A DNA stretch of 64,000 bases, taken from the NCBI GenBank assembly GCA_905479265.1, contig CAJQLX010000009.1, positions 564-64,563 on the forward strand. Direction: 5' to 3'. Below, in pieces: positions 28,660 to 43,483 of this stretch. This stretch comes from an uncultured Alphaproteobacteria bacterium. GTDB lineage: Bacteria; Pseudomonadota; Alphaproteobacteria; UBA7985. Made by a program: the position numbers and the translations under genes. Position 1 is the first letter of the stretch. The number at the start of each line of letters is the position of its first letter. The notes under the pieces are model-generated. The model had not been told where the DNA came from and did no database searches. It saw only the letters and a list, made by a program, of their open reading frames with translations.

Positions 28660-28753
28660 CGAATCCCTTTCTACTCAGAAAATCGTTTTGCTCAAGCGTT
28701 TTAGACCAGTTTGTTAAAGCAAATGAACAGTGAAGCGATCATTGTGCCCTGAT

Positions 28754-29488
28754 TCACACACCCAGTCTCATAATGCGGAGAGGCCAAGTAGACACCAAAT
28801 GCGACTGTGGTCGCTGCTCAGTCGCAATCCACTGAATCGCCGCATGAGCCGCCAATAGGCCCATCAGCATCGAGGATGTGGCCAGCACGCCAACGTCGGC
28901 GCAGTTCTGCTGCGGGGGTGGGCCTTCGGGAAACAGATCGGCATAGCGCCGCGTCTCGCCATCCAGACACAGCAACTGCCCGTCCGTGCCTGTGACCGAC
29001 GCCGAAACCAACTTCGCCCCTGCCGACTGCGCCCAATCGGCAATGAGCAAGCGGGTGGAAAAATTGTCGGTGCCGTCAATGATCACAGCATGCCCCGCCA
29101 GCAGTTTCTCGACGTTCTGCGCTCGTGCGGGTTGGATGTTCACCCCGACCGACACATCGGGGTTCACGTCTTCCAAGACTTCCGCGGCGACCATCGCCTT
29201 GGGACGACCGACATCTGCGGTGCGGAACAGCGTCTGGCGCGGTAAATTGGAAAGATCAACCGTATCAGGATCAATCAAGGTCAAATGCCCAACACCAGCC
29301 TGCGCCAACGCTTGCGCTGCGGGGCAGCCAATGCCGCCCATGCCCACCAGCGCGATGCGCGCTTGCTGCAACGACAACTGCCGAGCTGGACCCATTTCGG
29401 GCAAAATTAGATGCCGGGCATAGCGCTCCAGCGCTTCGTCGCTGAAATGCTCCAGCGCGCTGTCATCGGTGTTGGAGGCCTCAGACAC
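28754..29488 (-). CDS. ThiF/MoeB-family adenylyltransferase (E1-like)
   Basis: [51 protein letters not shown] start is chosen at 29488 so that overlap with the dut stop is only 8 nt. The ORF-track ATG at 29572 would overlap dut by 92 nt. Confidence 0.65.
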   Translation of the reverse strand: MSEASNTDDSALEHFSDEALERYARHLILPEMGPARQLSLQQARIALVGMGGIGCPAAQALAQAGVGHLTLIDPDTVDLSNLPRQTLFRTADVGRPKAMVAAEVLEDVNPDVSVGVNIQPARAQNVEKLLAGHAVIIDGTDNFSTRLLIADWAQSAGAKLVSASVTGTDGQLLCLDGETRRYADLFPEGPPPQQNCADVGVLATSSMLMGLLAAHAAIQWIATEQRPQSHLVSTWPLRIMRLGV

Positions 29489-29924
29489 CCGTCGAACCGA
29501 ATCCGCCGGCCCCTCGTTCCGTTTCGTCCAAATCAGCGACTTCCGCGAAGTCGCCTTGGACCACGGGCGCAATCACCATTTGCGCGATCCGCATCCCCCG
29601 CTCGATCACGAAGGGCTCTTGCCCCAGATTGATCAGCGGCACTTTGACCTCGCCGCGATAGTCGCTGTCGATGGTGCCCGGCGCATTAAGGACGGTCAGG
29701 CCATTCTTGACCGCCAGTCCGGAGCGCGGACGCACTTGCGCCTCAAAACCAACCGGTAGAGCCATCGCGAAGCCCGCCGGGATCAAACCGCGCTCCCCCG
29801 GTCCCAGCGCGACCGGCGCCTCAACGGCGGCTTGAATATCCGCGCCAGCCGAACCTGCGGTTTCATAGGCAGGCAACCCCAACCCGGCGCCGTTCTCCAA
29901 GCGCTTGAGTTTAACGGGCGGCAT
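29481..29924 (-). CDS. dut: dUTP diphosphatase
   Basis: Start [29 protein letters not shown]. dUTPase motifs are present. The start forms an ATGA overlap with the coaBC stop. Confidence 0.9.
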   Translation of the reverse strand: MPPVKLKRLENGAGLGLPAYETAGSAGADIQAAVEAPVALGPGERGLIPAGFAMALPVGFEAQVRPRSGLAVKNGLTVLNAPGTIDSDYRGEVKVPLINLGQEPFVIERGMRIAQMVIAPVVQGDFAEVADLDETERGAGGFGSTGV

Positions 29925-31117
29925 CACGGCAGGGACTCCACAATTTTCTGCACTAAACGTTCTGCAACCTGGTCTTTGGTCAGTGTCGGCCAAGCCTCGG
30001 CTTCTTGCGCAGAAACAAGGGTCACGGTGTTCGTTTGTTCGCCGAATACAGCGCCGCCTGACACGTCGTTGGCAACAATCCAATCGGCGTTCTTCCGCGC
30101 CAGCTTCCCTTGGGCATTGGCAACCACGTTCTCGGTCTCCGCCGCGAAACCCACAACCAACGCCGGACGGTGGTCGGCTTGCGCGATGGTTGCGAGAATA
30201 TCGGGGTTTTTAACAAAGCTCATCGACAGCTCGTCCTGTCCGCCGACCTTTTTGAGCTTTTCTGTTGCTGTGGTCTTTGGTTTCCAATCCGCAACCGCCG
30301 CAGCAAACACCGCAATATCAGCCGGCAACGCTGCTTGCGCTGCGGCCAGCATCTGGTCTGCCGTCTGGACGGGAACCACGGTCATGCCGGGGGGCTGAGG
30401 CAGGTTAACGGGGCCCGTGACCAACGTAACCTCGGCCCCGGCAGCAGCGAGGGCGCTGGCGATGGCTTGGCCTTGCTGACCAGAGGACCGATTGGCCATG
30501 ACGCGGACAGGATCAATCGGCTCATGCGTGGGGCCAGATGTGACCAGCGCGCGTTTTCCAGCAAGGGGCTTAGGCGCAAAAAAGGCCAGCGTGCGGGCGA
30601 CCAAGTCTTCAGGCTCTTCAAACCGTCCTGTGCCGATTTCACCGCAAGCCATGTCCCCATCCGCTGGCCCCCAAACCTGGATCCCACGCTGCATCAACGT
30701 CGCAACATTGGCTTGCGTGGCGGGGTTGGCCCACATCACCGGGTTCATCGAGGGCGCAATCGCGACCGGACCGTTGGCCGCCAACAGGGTCGTTGAGGCC
30801 AAATCATCTGTCAGCCCATGAGCCATTTTTGCGATCAAATCAGCGCTGGCTGGCGCCACAAGAATTAGGTCGGCTTCGCGGGCCAACCGAATATGGCCCA
30901 TTTCTGCTTCGTCCTTGAGGCTGAAAAGATCCTCGTAGACGGGGTTTTCGGCCAGGGCGCTCAAGGTCAGCGGCGTGATAAATTGTGCGCCCCCGCGCGT
31001 GAGAACCGGCACGACGGACGCGCCAGCATCCTTGAGCCTCCGCACCAGAACCGCCGCTTTGTAAGCGGCAATCCCACCGGAGACGATGAGCAATATCTGC
31101 TTTCCGTTCAGGGTCAC
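29924..31117 (-). CDS. coaBC: Bifunctional phosphopantothenoylcysteine decarboxylase / synthetase
   Basis: N-terminal flavoprotein domain ([14 protein letters not shown]) and a C-terminal DFP domain. 397 aa. Confidence 0.9.
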   Translation of the reverse strand: MTLNGKQILLIVSGGIAAYKAAVLVRRLKDAGASVVPVLTRGGAQFITPLTLSALAENPVYEDLFSLKDEAEMGHIRLAREADLILVAPASADLIAKMAHGLTDDLASTTLLAANGPVAIAPSMNPVMWANPATQANVATLMQRGIQVWGPADGDMACGEIGTGRFEEPEDLVARTLAFFAPKPLAGKRALVTSGPTHEPIDPVRVMANRSSGQQGQAIASALAAAGAEVTLVTGPVNLPQPPGMTVVPVQTADQMLAAAQAALPADIAVFAAAVADWKPKTTATEKLKKVGGQDELSMSFVKNPDILATIAQADHRPALVVGFAAETENVVANAQGKLARKNADWIVANDVSGGAVFGEQTNTVTLVSAQEAEAWPTLTKDQVAERLVQKIVESLP

Positions 31118-31120
31118 GTC

Positions 31121-32650
31121 TTACCCTCCCAGCACGCGCGTCATGATCCACATCAGCCCCGCCCCGGCCCCGCTCGCCACCGCGAACCAAAGCCAAATGG
31201 GGCCAGCAGACCGACGACGATCCATTTCAGCATTGAAGTCTGTCAGCGCAGTCTCGGCTTGTTCCAGCATCTTTGGCAAGCGTCCAGCTGCAACCAAGGC
31301 TGTTTCTGCATGTTCTGCGAATTGGCTGATCGGATTTCGGTTGTAGATCATCCAATCCCGAACCAAAGGCCGTGCAATATCCCAGATGTTGATTTCCGGT
31401 GCCAAGGACCGCGCAATGCCTTCGGCCATCAGCATGTTCTTTTGCAGCAGGAACAAATCGGGCTGCAGGCTCATGTCAAACGTGCGACCCATCGCCAGCA
31501 GCTGACCCAGCAAGCGCGCAAAGGAAACGCGCTCAAGGGGCTGATTCACAATCGGTTCAGCAACCGATCGCAAGGCCAGCGCAAAGGCCTGTGTCGATGC
31601 TGTGGCGGGCAAGTAGCCTTCTTCGGTATAGCGTTTCGCCAAGCCGTCGTAATCGCCTTCGAGCAAGTGAGCCATGAGATCAGCGAGAAAAACCCGGCCT
31701 TTCCAGTCCAAACGCCCGACGATGCCAAAATCGACAAAAACCACGTCACCGCGCGCGTCGATAAACATGTTGCCTGCGTGCTGGTCGCCATGGAAAAAAC
31801 CGTCATCAAACACGGCCTGAAAAAAGCACGTGGCGGCGTTGGTCAGAACCTGCGCCAAATCATGGCCTGCGGCGCGCAGTTTATCGCGCTCGTCGATGTT
31901 GATGCCGTAGATCCGCGACATGACCAGCACCCGCTGGCTGGTCAAATCCCAAAACGGCGTCGGTGTACTCAAGCCACCACGCTCTTTGAAATTGCGCGCC
32001 ATCTGGTCACCCGCAGCGGCTTCCATGCGCAAATCCAGCTCCATCGCCGTTTGCTGGCGCAGCACTTCAATCAATCCAACGGGCTGAGCGCGCCGTAAGT
32101 CCGGCACGACACGCTGCGCCCAGCGCGCACCCCACTGCAAAAAGCGAAGTTCGCGATCAAACCGCTTTTCGATGCCGGGCCGCAGGATTTTGACGGCCAC
32201 ATCTTCGCCCGTCTGCAAACGGCCAAAATGCACCTGCGCAACCGACGCGGCGCTCACCGGCGCGCCAAATTCAGAAAATACCGTGTCGATAGGGCGGCCC
32301 AAGGCGTCTTCGAGGATCGAGCGTGCCTGTGCGTCGCTGAAAGGATCCAGCTGGTCTTGTAGCGCAGAGAGGTCCAAAGCCGCCTGATCGCCGATCAAGT
32401 CAGCGCGCGTCGATAAGATCTGCCCCAGCTTGATATACGTGGGCCCAAGCCGCTTGAGCGCCTGCGCCAAGTTTACGCCCGCCCCCCGCTTTTTAGCCCG
32501 CGCACTCTTGAGCGTGCTCAGCAAGCCCAGCATGGTCGCCGGGAAACTGCCCTTGGGCGTCAAAGTCAAGGCCACGTCGGTTGCGCCTTCACGGCCCAAG
32601 ACCCACAGAAGGTTCAGGCCTCGAAACGGATGGAGCAAACCGCTCAGCAC
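31121..32650 (-). CDS. ubiB: Ubiquinone biosynthesis protein UbiB (ABC1 atypical kinase)
   Basis: ABC1/UbiB kinase-like motifs; 509 aa with C-terminal TM segments. Confidence 0.9.
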   Translation of the reverse strand: MLSGLLHPFRGLNLLWVLGREGATDVALTLTPKGSFPATMLGLLSTLKSARAKKRGAGVNLAQALKRLGPTYIKLGQILSTRADLIGDQAALDLSALQDQLDPFSDAQARSILEDALGRPIDTVFSEFGAPVSAASVAQVHFGRLQTGEDVAVKILRPGIEKRFDRELRFLQWGARWAQRVVPDLRRAQPVGLIEVLRQQTAMELDLRMEAAAGDQMARNFKERGGLSTPTPFWDLTSQRVLVMSRIYGINIDERDKLRAAGHDLAQVLTNAATCFFQAVFDDGFFHGDQHAGNMFIDARGDVVFVDFGIVGRLDWKGRVFLADLMAHLLEGDYDGLAKRYTEEGYLPATASTQAFALALRSVAEPIVNQPLERVSFARLLGQLLAMGRTFDMSLQPDLFLLQKNMLMAEGIARSLAPEINIWDIARPLVRDWMIYNRNPISQFAEHAETALVAAGRLPKMLEQAETALTDFNAEMDRRRSAGPIWLWFAVASGAGAGLMWIMTRVLGG

Positions 32651-32653
32651 GCC

Positions 32654-33409
32654 TTAGATCCGCCAGCCATGATGCACAGCGACGATGCCACCGGACATAT
32701 TACGGTGCTGAACGCGACCAAAACCAGCCTCGCGCATCATATCTTCGAGCCGTTCTTGGGGCGGAAAGCGGCGGATGGATTCGACAAGGTACTGATAACT
32801 TTCTCGGTCTCCTGCAACCATGCCGCCCAAGGTGGGAAGCAGTTTAAAGGAATACTGATCATAGATGTCTTTTAGAATCGGCAGCACCACGCGACTGAAT
32901 TCCAGACAAAAGAACCGACCACCGGGCCGCAGCACGCGCCGGGCTTCGGCCAAAGCCAGTTCAGGCCGGGAGACATTTCGCAGGCCGAATGAAATGGTGT
33001 AGGCGTCAAAGCTGTTGTCTTCGAACGGCAGAGCCTCGGCGTTGCCGCAAACCCATTGCAGGTCATCCCGACCGGCAAACCGCTCGCGTCCAGCGCGCAA
33101 CATGCCTTCGGTCAAATCGAAAACCAGAACCCGACCCGCCGCATCAGGACCACCCTGACGCGTGCGAATCCGCTCGGCGATATCGCCCGTACCGCCAGCG
33201 ACATCGAGGCACTGCTCACCGGGGCGAGGGCGCATCCAATCCATGAGGGCATCTTTCCAAAAGCGGTGCGCGCCCATCGACATCAAATCGTTCATAATGT
33301 CGTAGCGGCTGGCAACACTTTCGAAGACGCCCTGAACCATCGGCGCTTTCTCTTCCACGCTGATATCGCGGAAGCCAAAATGGGTGGTGCGGTCATTTCG
33401 ATCTGTCAT
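32654..33409 (-). CDS. ubiE: Ubiquinone/menaquinone biosynthesis C-methyltransferase UbiE
   Basis: HFGFRDI..VFESVASRYDIMNDLMS and a SAM motif (LDVAGGTGD). Confidence 0.9.
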   Translation of the reverse strand: MTDRNDRTTHFGFRDISVEEKAPMVQGVFESVASRYDIMNDLMSMGAHRFWKDALMDWMRPRPGEQCLDVAGGTGDIAERIRTRQGGPDAAGRVLVFDLTEGMLRAGRERFAGRDDLQWVCGNAEALPFEDNSFDAYTISFGLRNVSRPELALAEARRVLRPGGRFFCLEFSRVVLPILKDIYDQYSFKLLPTLGGMVAGDRESYQYLVESIRRFPPQERLEDMMREAGFGRVQHRNMSGGIVAVHHGWRI

Positions 33410-33486
33410 ACCCTCCAGATAGCGTCTAACCCTTGCTGTGAAAAGCAAAGCCGACCGTTTAATCCTGCACAGGTGATCGCAGCCCT

Positions 33487-34311
33487 ATGCCCGAATTGCC
33501 CGAAGTTGAAACTGTCGTCCGTGGATTGCGGCCCTTTTTGCAGGGCCAGCGACTAGACCGATTGCTGCTCCGGCGCGCTGATTTGCGCTTTCCGTTTCCC
33601 GAGGGACTGAGCCAGAGGGTCACGGGCAAAACCATGAGCGCCATCGAACGACGCGCCAAATATGGCCTGATCCGCTTTGATTCGCCGGACGCGCTGAGCC
33701 TGCTGTTTCATTTGGGCATGAGTGGCCGCATGGTCTGTGAAGAGACAACAGACACACCGTTTGAAAAGCACGACCACGTGGTCTTTGAAACCCAGCGCGG
33801 GCAGGTCCGGTTCAACGATCCTCGCCGTTTCGGGTTTTTGGATTTGATCGACGGTCCGGACGCGGAAAATCGCTTTCTCGCGGCACTGGGTCCGGAACCG
33901 CTCAGCGATGCGGTTTCGCCAGATTATTTGCTGACGGTGTTCCGAGACAAAACCTCGCCCATCAAAGCCAGTTTGCTGAACCAAAAACTGATCGCAGGAC
34001 TGGGTAATATATATGTGTGCGAAGCGCTGTTTGAATCCGGTATCAAACCGACGCGAAAAACCGGCTCGTTAAAGCGTGCGGAGGTGACGCGACTCTGCGC
34101 GGCCATCAAAGGCGTTTTAGCCCGCGCCATCGATGCAGGCGGCTCTTCGCTGCGTGATTACAAGCAAGTTTCTGGGGAGCTGGGTTACTTCCAGCACGCA
34201 TGGGCTGTCTATGGACGCGAAAATGAGGTCTGTAGAGCCTGTAATGCCCCGATTCAGCGAATTGTGCAGTCCAATCGCTCCACTTTCTTCTGCGCTGCTT
34301 GTCAGCGATAG
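33487..34311 (+). CDS. mutM: Formamidopyrimidine-DNA glycosylase
   Basis: N-terminus MPELPEVE and a C-terminal zinc finger (CRACNAPIQ..FFCAACQ). Confidence 0.9.
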   Translation: MPELPEVETVVRGLRPFLQGQRLDRLLLRRADLRFPFPEGLSQRVTGKTMSAIERRAKYGLIRFDSPDALSLLFHLGMSGRMVCEETTDTPFEKHDHVVFETQRGQVRFNDPRRFGFLDLIDGPDAENRFLAALGPEPLSDAVSPDYLLTVFRDKTSPIKASLLNQKLIAGLGNIYVCEALFESGIKPTRKTGSLKRAEVTRLCAAIKGVLARAIDAGGSSLRDYKQVSGELGYFQHAWAVYGRENEVCRACNAPIQRIVQSNRSTFFCAACQR

Positions 34312-34390
34312 GAGCCTTGCCTTGCGCTCCGCCTACTTTGGGCTTATAGCAGCGCTCAATCATTTACCAAGTCTTTGGAATTAGAACCGA

Positions 34391-34654
34391 ATGGCACACT
34401 CCCGTTCCGCACGTAAGCGCGTTCGTACCGCTGCACGTCGCACAGAAATCAACCGCTCGCGTCGTAGCCGCGTTCGGACGTACATTAAAAAAGTAGAAGC
34501 CGCTCTGGAAGCTGGCGATCAGGCAGCCGCTCGCGCTGCGCTGGTCGAAGCTCAGCCGGAGATCATGCGCGGTGTTACAAAAGGCACCATGCACAAGAAT
34601 ACGGCTTCACGGAAAATCAGTCGCCTCAGCGCGGCCGTGAAGCGGATGGCGTAA
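34391..34654 (+). CDS. rpsT: 30S ribosomal protein S20
   Basis: [36 protein letters not shown]..., 87 aa. Confidence 0.95.
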   Translation: MAHSRSARKRVRTAARRTEINRSRRSRVRTYIKKVEAALEAGDQAAARAALVEAQPEIMRGVTKGTMHKNTASRKISRLSAAVKRMA

Positions 34655-34687
34655 GCCAACCTTCCTCGCGATCTATTGCGTCTTTTG

Positions 34688-34728
34688 AAAAGCCGGTCGG
34701 GACTCGTTTCCTGACCGGCTTTTTGTTT
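34688..34728 (+). terminator. Rho-independent terminator downstream of rpsT
   Basis: GC-rich inverted repeat gccggtc ... gaccggc followed by ttttgttt, about 35 nt after the rpsT stop. Confidence 0.6.
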
Positions 34729-35217
34729 GAGCGAGTCGCGGTCTGAAATGAGAAACTGAGCCCAAACTAACAAGTGATTCGCACAATTACCCGTTTTAAT
34801 CGCCCCATTTTGACCACCTTCGCTGACTCATCGGAGTCGCTTCAAAGAGAATCAGAGCAGCCCCTCACTGAGTGCGTCCTCGACTCCACAAACTCCGTTT
34901 ATTTTGGTTATTGACACAACTTCTGACCTTGCGACGAATTGGCCCGTGGGTAAGGTTAGCCAACGAATTTTGGTAAATCCAATAACTACTGCGGTCGAAA
35001 GAAGCCGTGTCGTTTGAGGTTTTTGGCTTCGCGCAATGATGCTTTCGGGTGGAAAGCCTATCGCGCTCATAAGGTCTTAAATTTTTAGCGAAACAAAAGA
35101 TTTGAGGAGAATACTCGTGCGAGCTTGCGTTCCAAACCCGGCCCGCGGATTTGCGTCTGCGGCTTACAACGAACCCGATTTGCTTGCATTCACAGCGATG
35201 TCCTTGGGTGGACAGCT

Positions 35218-36672
35218 GTGAGCGACCATCTCCTAAATCCCCAAGACCGTCAGGAAATTTGGTCTCAGGTCAAAGCTGCGATCCGCCGGGAATACGGCGA
35301 GAGCACCTATCGATCGTGGCTGCGCCCCATTGAGTTTTCCGAAGCCAACGACGAGCGCATTCGCCTGTCGGTTCCATCGCGGTTTGTCCGGGATTGGGTC
35401 CAGGCAAACTACCTTGAGCGCCTGCGGTCCCTGTGGGTCATGCACGAGCCAACAATTGAGTCCGTTGAGATCATTGTTCGGCCATCGACTCAGCACGCCA
35501 TGCCGGTTCCGCCGAGCAAGCAGGGCGCCAGTCATCTGACAGCACCGCTGGAAGCGGCGACAGGCGGCGGCATGAATGCGAGCCCGCTGTCTGCCCCCAG
35601 TTACGTGGAGCACGTCGGCGCGTCGCAATACCGGTACACGGTTGCCACTGACGACAAGCATTTGGTCAAGCGGTTCAGTTTTAAAGACTTTGTCGTCGGA
35701 CAACCAAACGAGCTGGCCTATGCCGCAGCCCGCCGGGTCGCGGAGAGCTCTGACGTCGCGTTTAACCCGCTGTTCCTTTACGGCGGCGTTGGCTTGGGCA
35801 AAACGCACTTGATGCACGCCATCGCGTGGCACATCCGCGAAACCCAGCCTGAACGCCGTGTGGCGTACTTGTCGGCTGAGAAATTCATGTCCCTGTTCAT
35901 CCGCGCGGTTCGTCACCGCGATACGATGGCATTTAAGGACGAGTTTCGGTCCGTTGACGTTCTGATGATTGATGACATTCACTTCATCGGAAACAAGGAA
36001 TCGTCGCAGGAAGAGTTCTTCCACACCTTTAACGCGCTGGTTGATCAGAACCACCAAGTGGTCGTTTCCGCAGATAAGTCGCCGAGCGATCTTGAGGGCT
36101 TAGAAGATCGGCTGAAGTCTCGTCTGGGCTGGGGTTTGGTCGCGGATATCCACCCGACCAACTATGAATTGCGTCTGTCGATCCTGCAGTCCAAAGCGGA
36201 AAGCATCGCGCTGGATATTCCGCCCCAAGTGCTGGAATTTCTCGCGCACAAGATTTCTTCGAACATCCGAGAGCTCGAAGGCGCGCTGAACCGTATCGAG
36301 GCGCACGCCATCCTGATTGGTCGTCCGGTCACGTTGGAAATGGTGCAAGACGTTCTCCACGACTTGCTCAAAGCCAACGACCGCCGGGTCACGATCGAAG
36401 AGATCCAGAAGAAGGTCGCCGAGCACTTCAACATTAAGCTCAGCGAAATGTATTCCCCGCGCCGTGCGCGATCCGTGGCGCGTCCACGCCAGATTGCGAT
36501 GTACTTGTCCAAGCAGCTGACCACCCGGTCCCTGCCTGAAATCGGCCGTCGCTTTGGCAATCGCGATCATACGACCGTTATGCACGCCGTGCGCAAAGTG
36601 GAAGAACTCCGTTCACTCGACGCAGCCATCGACGAGGATGTCGAATTGCTGCGCCGAATGTTGGAAAACTAA
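35218..36672 (+). CDS. dnaA: Chromosomal replication initiator protein DnaA (GTG start; the ORF-track ATG at 35125 is less likely)
   Basis: AAA+ motifs (LFLYGGVGLGKTHL, DDIHFI) and a C-terminal DnaA-box-binding domain (HTTVMHAVRKVEE). The GTG at 35218 is preceded by ggtgga and yields a typical DnaA N-terminus (LNPQDRQEIWSQVKAAIRRE). Confidence 0.9.
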   Translation: MSDHLLNPQDRQEIWSQVKAAIRREYGESTYRSWLRPIEFSEANDERIRLSVPSRFVRDWVQANYLERLRSLWVMHEPTIESVEIIVRPSTQHAMPVPPSKQGASHLTAPLEAATGGGMNASPLSAPSYVEHVGASQYRYTVATDDKHLVKRFSFKDFVVGQPNELAYAAARRVAESSDVAFNPLFLYGGVGLGKTHLMHAIAWHIRETQPERRVAYLSAEKFMSLFIRAVRHRDTMAFKDEFRSVDVLMIDDIHFIGNKESSQEEFFHTFNALVDQNHQVVVSADKSPSDLEGLEDRLKSRLGWGLVADIHPTNYELRLSILQSKAESIALDIPPQVLEFLAHKISSNIRELEGALNRIEAHAILIGRPVTLEMVQDVLHDLLKANDRRVTIEEIQKKVAEHFNIKLSEMYSPRRARSVARPRQIAMYLSKQLTTRSLPEIGRRFGNRDHTTVMHAVRKVEELRSLDAAIDEDVELLRRMLEN

Positions 36673-36677
36673 GCGCG

Positions 36678-37862
36678 CTAGCGCACCAATCCAGCAAGAG
36701 CCGGAACACCTTGACTGTCTGGGAACACCAGACGGTCAAGCTCTGCTGCGCGCAGGTCAAACTGCGCGGCAAGCACGCCCTTGAGCAGCTGGCGCGTATC
36801 AAAAGTTGGGCGCAAATCTCGTTGCTCAAACAGTTGATGTGACGCCAGACCGGGCCAATCGGCAAGAACGCGCCCACCACGCACCGCACCGCCGTACAAC
36901 AGCGCCGCACCACCAGTCCCGTGATCCGTCCCGCCGCTGCCGTTGGTCGCGACAGTCCGCCCAAACTCGGTTGCGACCACGACCACCGTTTTTGACCATG
37001 CATCCGCAGAAAACTGGGACTTCAGGGCCAGCAAGCCTGTTGCCAACGCGTTCAAGCGGCGGTCCAGCGTGCCATTTGCCAAACCTTGACCGACATGCGT
37101 GTCCCAGCCCGAAAACTCCAGCGACGCGATCCGCGCGCCGTCTGCTGCGTTCAAGAATCGCCCTGTTGCTGCGAACAGTTGCTCAAACTGCGCCAAACCA
37201 CGTTTGCTGGTGCCGCCAGCGTCCATGTCCATCGCCTGTTCTTGCAGGGTCAAAGCGGCTGTGAAGGGATCAGCCAGCACGGGATCGAGGTTATAGAGCT
37301 GCGATAAATCGTCGATAAAGGCTTCATTGCCCGACCGCAAAGCAGAGGGCGCCCACGTCGCGACGGGCACCCGCCCCTGCATCGACAGCGGCAACGGACC
37401 ACCGACGGCGATGCCTTGGCTGGATGCACCACCGAGCACCTCCAACGTGCGATTCAACCACCCACTGGCCGCGCCGACCGGCTTATCAAGCCCCGTCTCT
37501 AGAATCGACTGCGCATCAAAGTGTGACCGTGTGCGATAGGGGATCGCCAGCCCTTGCACCGGGAGCAACTCGCCCGACCGGTAACTGGCCGCCAACGGTG
37601 ATAAACCGGGCGCCAGACCGAACATACCGTCAAGGCGCGTCAGGTCATTGGCAGCATAGGCGAGGCTACCGCGCGCGGCCCGATAGTGGGGGTCGCCGGC
37701 CGGCACAATCGCGTGCAGGCCATCCATAGCCCCGCGCAGCAAAACAAAGACAAAGCGGCGATCCGTTGATGCTCTAGCGAAACTCAGCGATGGCGCAAAG
37801 GTCGTCGCGAGGCCACCGGCGCAAGCAGCACCGAGGAAAGAACGTCGGTTCAAAGCACGCAT
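36678..37862 (-). CDS. DUF1501-family Tat-secreted protein (sulfatase-like fold)
   Basis: Twin-arginine signal (MRALNRRSFLGAACAGGLA). Paired with DUF1800 immediately upstream, which is the usual arrangement for these two families. Confidence 0.75.
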   Translation of the reverse strand: MRALNRRSFLGAACAGGLATTFAPSLSFARASTDRRFVFVLLRGAMDGLHAIVPAGDPHYRAARGSLAYAANDLTRLDGMFGLAPGLSPLAASYRSGELLPVQGLAIPYRTRSHFDAQSILETGLDKPVGAASGWLNRTLEVLGGASSQGIAVGGPLPLSMQGRVPVATWAPSALRSGNEAFIDDLSQLYNLDPVLADPFTAALTLQEQAMDMDAGGTSKRGLAQFEQLFAATGRFLNAADGARIASLEFSGWDTHVGQGLANGTLDRRLNALATGLLALKSQFSADAWSKTVVVVATEFGRTVATNGSGGTDHGTGGAALLYGGAVRGGRVLADWPGLASHQLFEQRDLRPTFDTRQLLKGVLAAQFDLRAAELDRLVFPDSQGVPALAGLVR

Positions 37863-37869
37863 GTTGGCT

Positions 37870-39213
37870 CTACCTCCACTGAAAATCTGGACTGGCGAGC
37901 AACAGCGCCAGTTGAGTGTTACGGTCGGGTTGTTGGTCGAGGATTTGGACAAGAGCGCTTGGGTTTGCGACTTCCATCGTCTCCGCCAAGATCGCGCCAA
38001 TGTCGGTATTCCTACCCCGCGTCCGTCGGGTCAGGGCTTTGGCAAGATCCGCACGACGCAGCAAACTGTCGGGATCCGCCCAACCTTGCACCGTATCACC
38101 GTAACCTGCGGGCGATGGCGGGGACCAAAACGCGTGCCGCATCGACTGAAGCGCCCGCAGCGTTGCGCGGTCGAAGTCGTTCACCCTCAGGGCTCGGGCG
38201 GCAGCGATGATAAAGTCCTGTGGAGTGCGAAACTTGCGCTCGGTGCCATAGAAGGCTGAGTCGCGCTCCAGCAAGGCCAAACTCACGGCTCTCAAATCGC
38301 CGCCAGTGCGCTGGAAGACGTGAGCAATGGCGTCAACATCGGCCTGCTGGGGTCGATCAGCGACAAAGTGCCGAACCAGTTTTGTTGCGATGAACCGTGC
38401 GGTTGAAGGGTGGCGGCACAGCATCGCGATGGCCCGCCGACCTTCTTGCTCGCCGGCCGCATCAAACCGACGCTGAAGCAGGATCTTGGCGCCCGGTTCG
38501 TGCAGCCGATCCGCAAAGCTAAACGGCAAAGGCTCGCCACCGTTGCGCCCCCGGGCCAAACCGCCGACGGTCCAGCCCGTCAGCATCAAAGCCAACTGGC
38601 GCACATCGTCCTGCGTGTAGCCCCCGTCCACGCCCAGCGTGTGAAGCTCCAGCAGTTCACGGGCGTAGTTCTCGTTCAAACCGCGCCCGTTTTTACGTCC
38701 AGCCCGCGAATTTGGGCCGATCGAACGGGTTTGATCGAGATAAATCAACATGGCCGGGTGCATGGCGCTGGCCAAGGTCATGTCTTCGAAACGGCCAAAG
38801 ACGTGGGGGCGAATCGCCTCCCGCTCATAGGCGCCGGCCAAGTGGCTCACCAACGGCTCGCCTTGCATACTGATGGCAAAGTGGTTGCTCCAAAACCGCG
38901 CAAGCCGCTCAGCAAAAGGCGTCTGGGTCGTGGCCGCGTGCCGCAGCGCGGATAGCACCTCCCGCCCTGCCATTTCCCGGCCTTGCTTCCGCATGGCTTG
39001 GCGTCGATCCTGGGCCATACCGCCGGTGTTTCGGGCGGCGGCGAGCGCATCGATCATCGCTTCAGTGGTGAGAAGGCTTTTATCCGGGTTGATCGCCGCT
39101 GTGGGCTGGACCTGTGCGCGCAACCAGCCCTTGGGGTCGATTTGACCCAACTCACCGGGACGCGCGCCCAGCCCAAAGCGATTTAGGGCACGAAGTCGAG
39201 GGTCTATTTGCAT
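37870..39213 (-). CDS. DUF1800-family protein
   Basis: 447 aa with the N-terminal MQIDPRLRALNRFGLGARPGEL signature of DUF1800. Sits 7 nt upstream of the DUF1501 gene. Confidence 0.7.
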   Translation of the reverse strand: MQIDPRLRALNRFGLGARPGELGQIDPKGWLRAQVQPTAAINPDKSLLTTEAMIDALAAARNTGGMAQDRRQAMRKQGREMAGREVLSALRHAATTQTPFAERLARFWSNHFAISMQGEPLVSHLAGAYEREAIRPHVFGRFEDMTLASAMHPAMLIYLDQTRSIGPNSRAGRKNGRGLNENYARELLELHTLGVDGGYTQDDVRQLALMLTGWTVGGLARGRNGGEPLPFSFADRLHEPGAKILLQRRFDAAGEQEGRRAIAMLCRHPSTARFIATKLVRHFVADRPQQADVDAIAHVFQRTGGDLRAVSLALLERDSAFYGTERKFRTPQDFIIAAARALRVNDFDRATLRALQSMRHAFWSPPSPAGYGDTVQGWADPDSLLRRADLAKALTRRTRGRNTDIGAILAETMEVANPSALVQILDQQPDRNTQLALLLASPDFQWR

Positions 39214-39267
39214 GATGATCTCCCTTTGTGTGCTCTACTACGGGAGAATATCTGAAATTATCCCCGG

Positions 39268-43441
<4,174 letters not shown>

Positions 43442-43483
43442 CTACTTCAGCCTATCTCGCCAAAGGACGGCGGAGGCTGTGAT

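Noticed and set aside
30110-32098. + strand ORFs (30110-30796, 30893-32098) antisense to coaBC and ubiB
   Set aside because: Shadow ORFs within two highly conserved genes.
35233-36057. 274-aa ORF antisense to dnaA
   Set aside because: dnaA is certain on the + strand.
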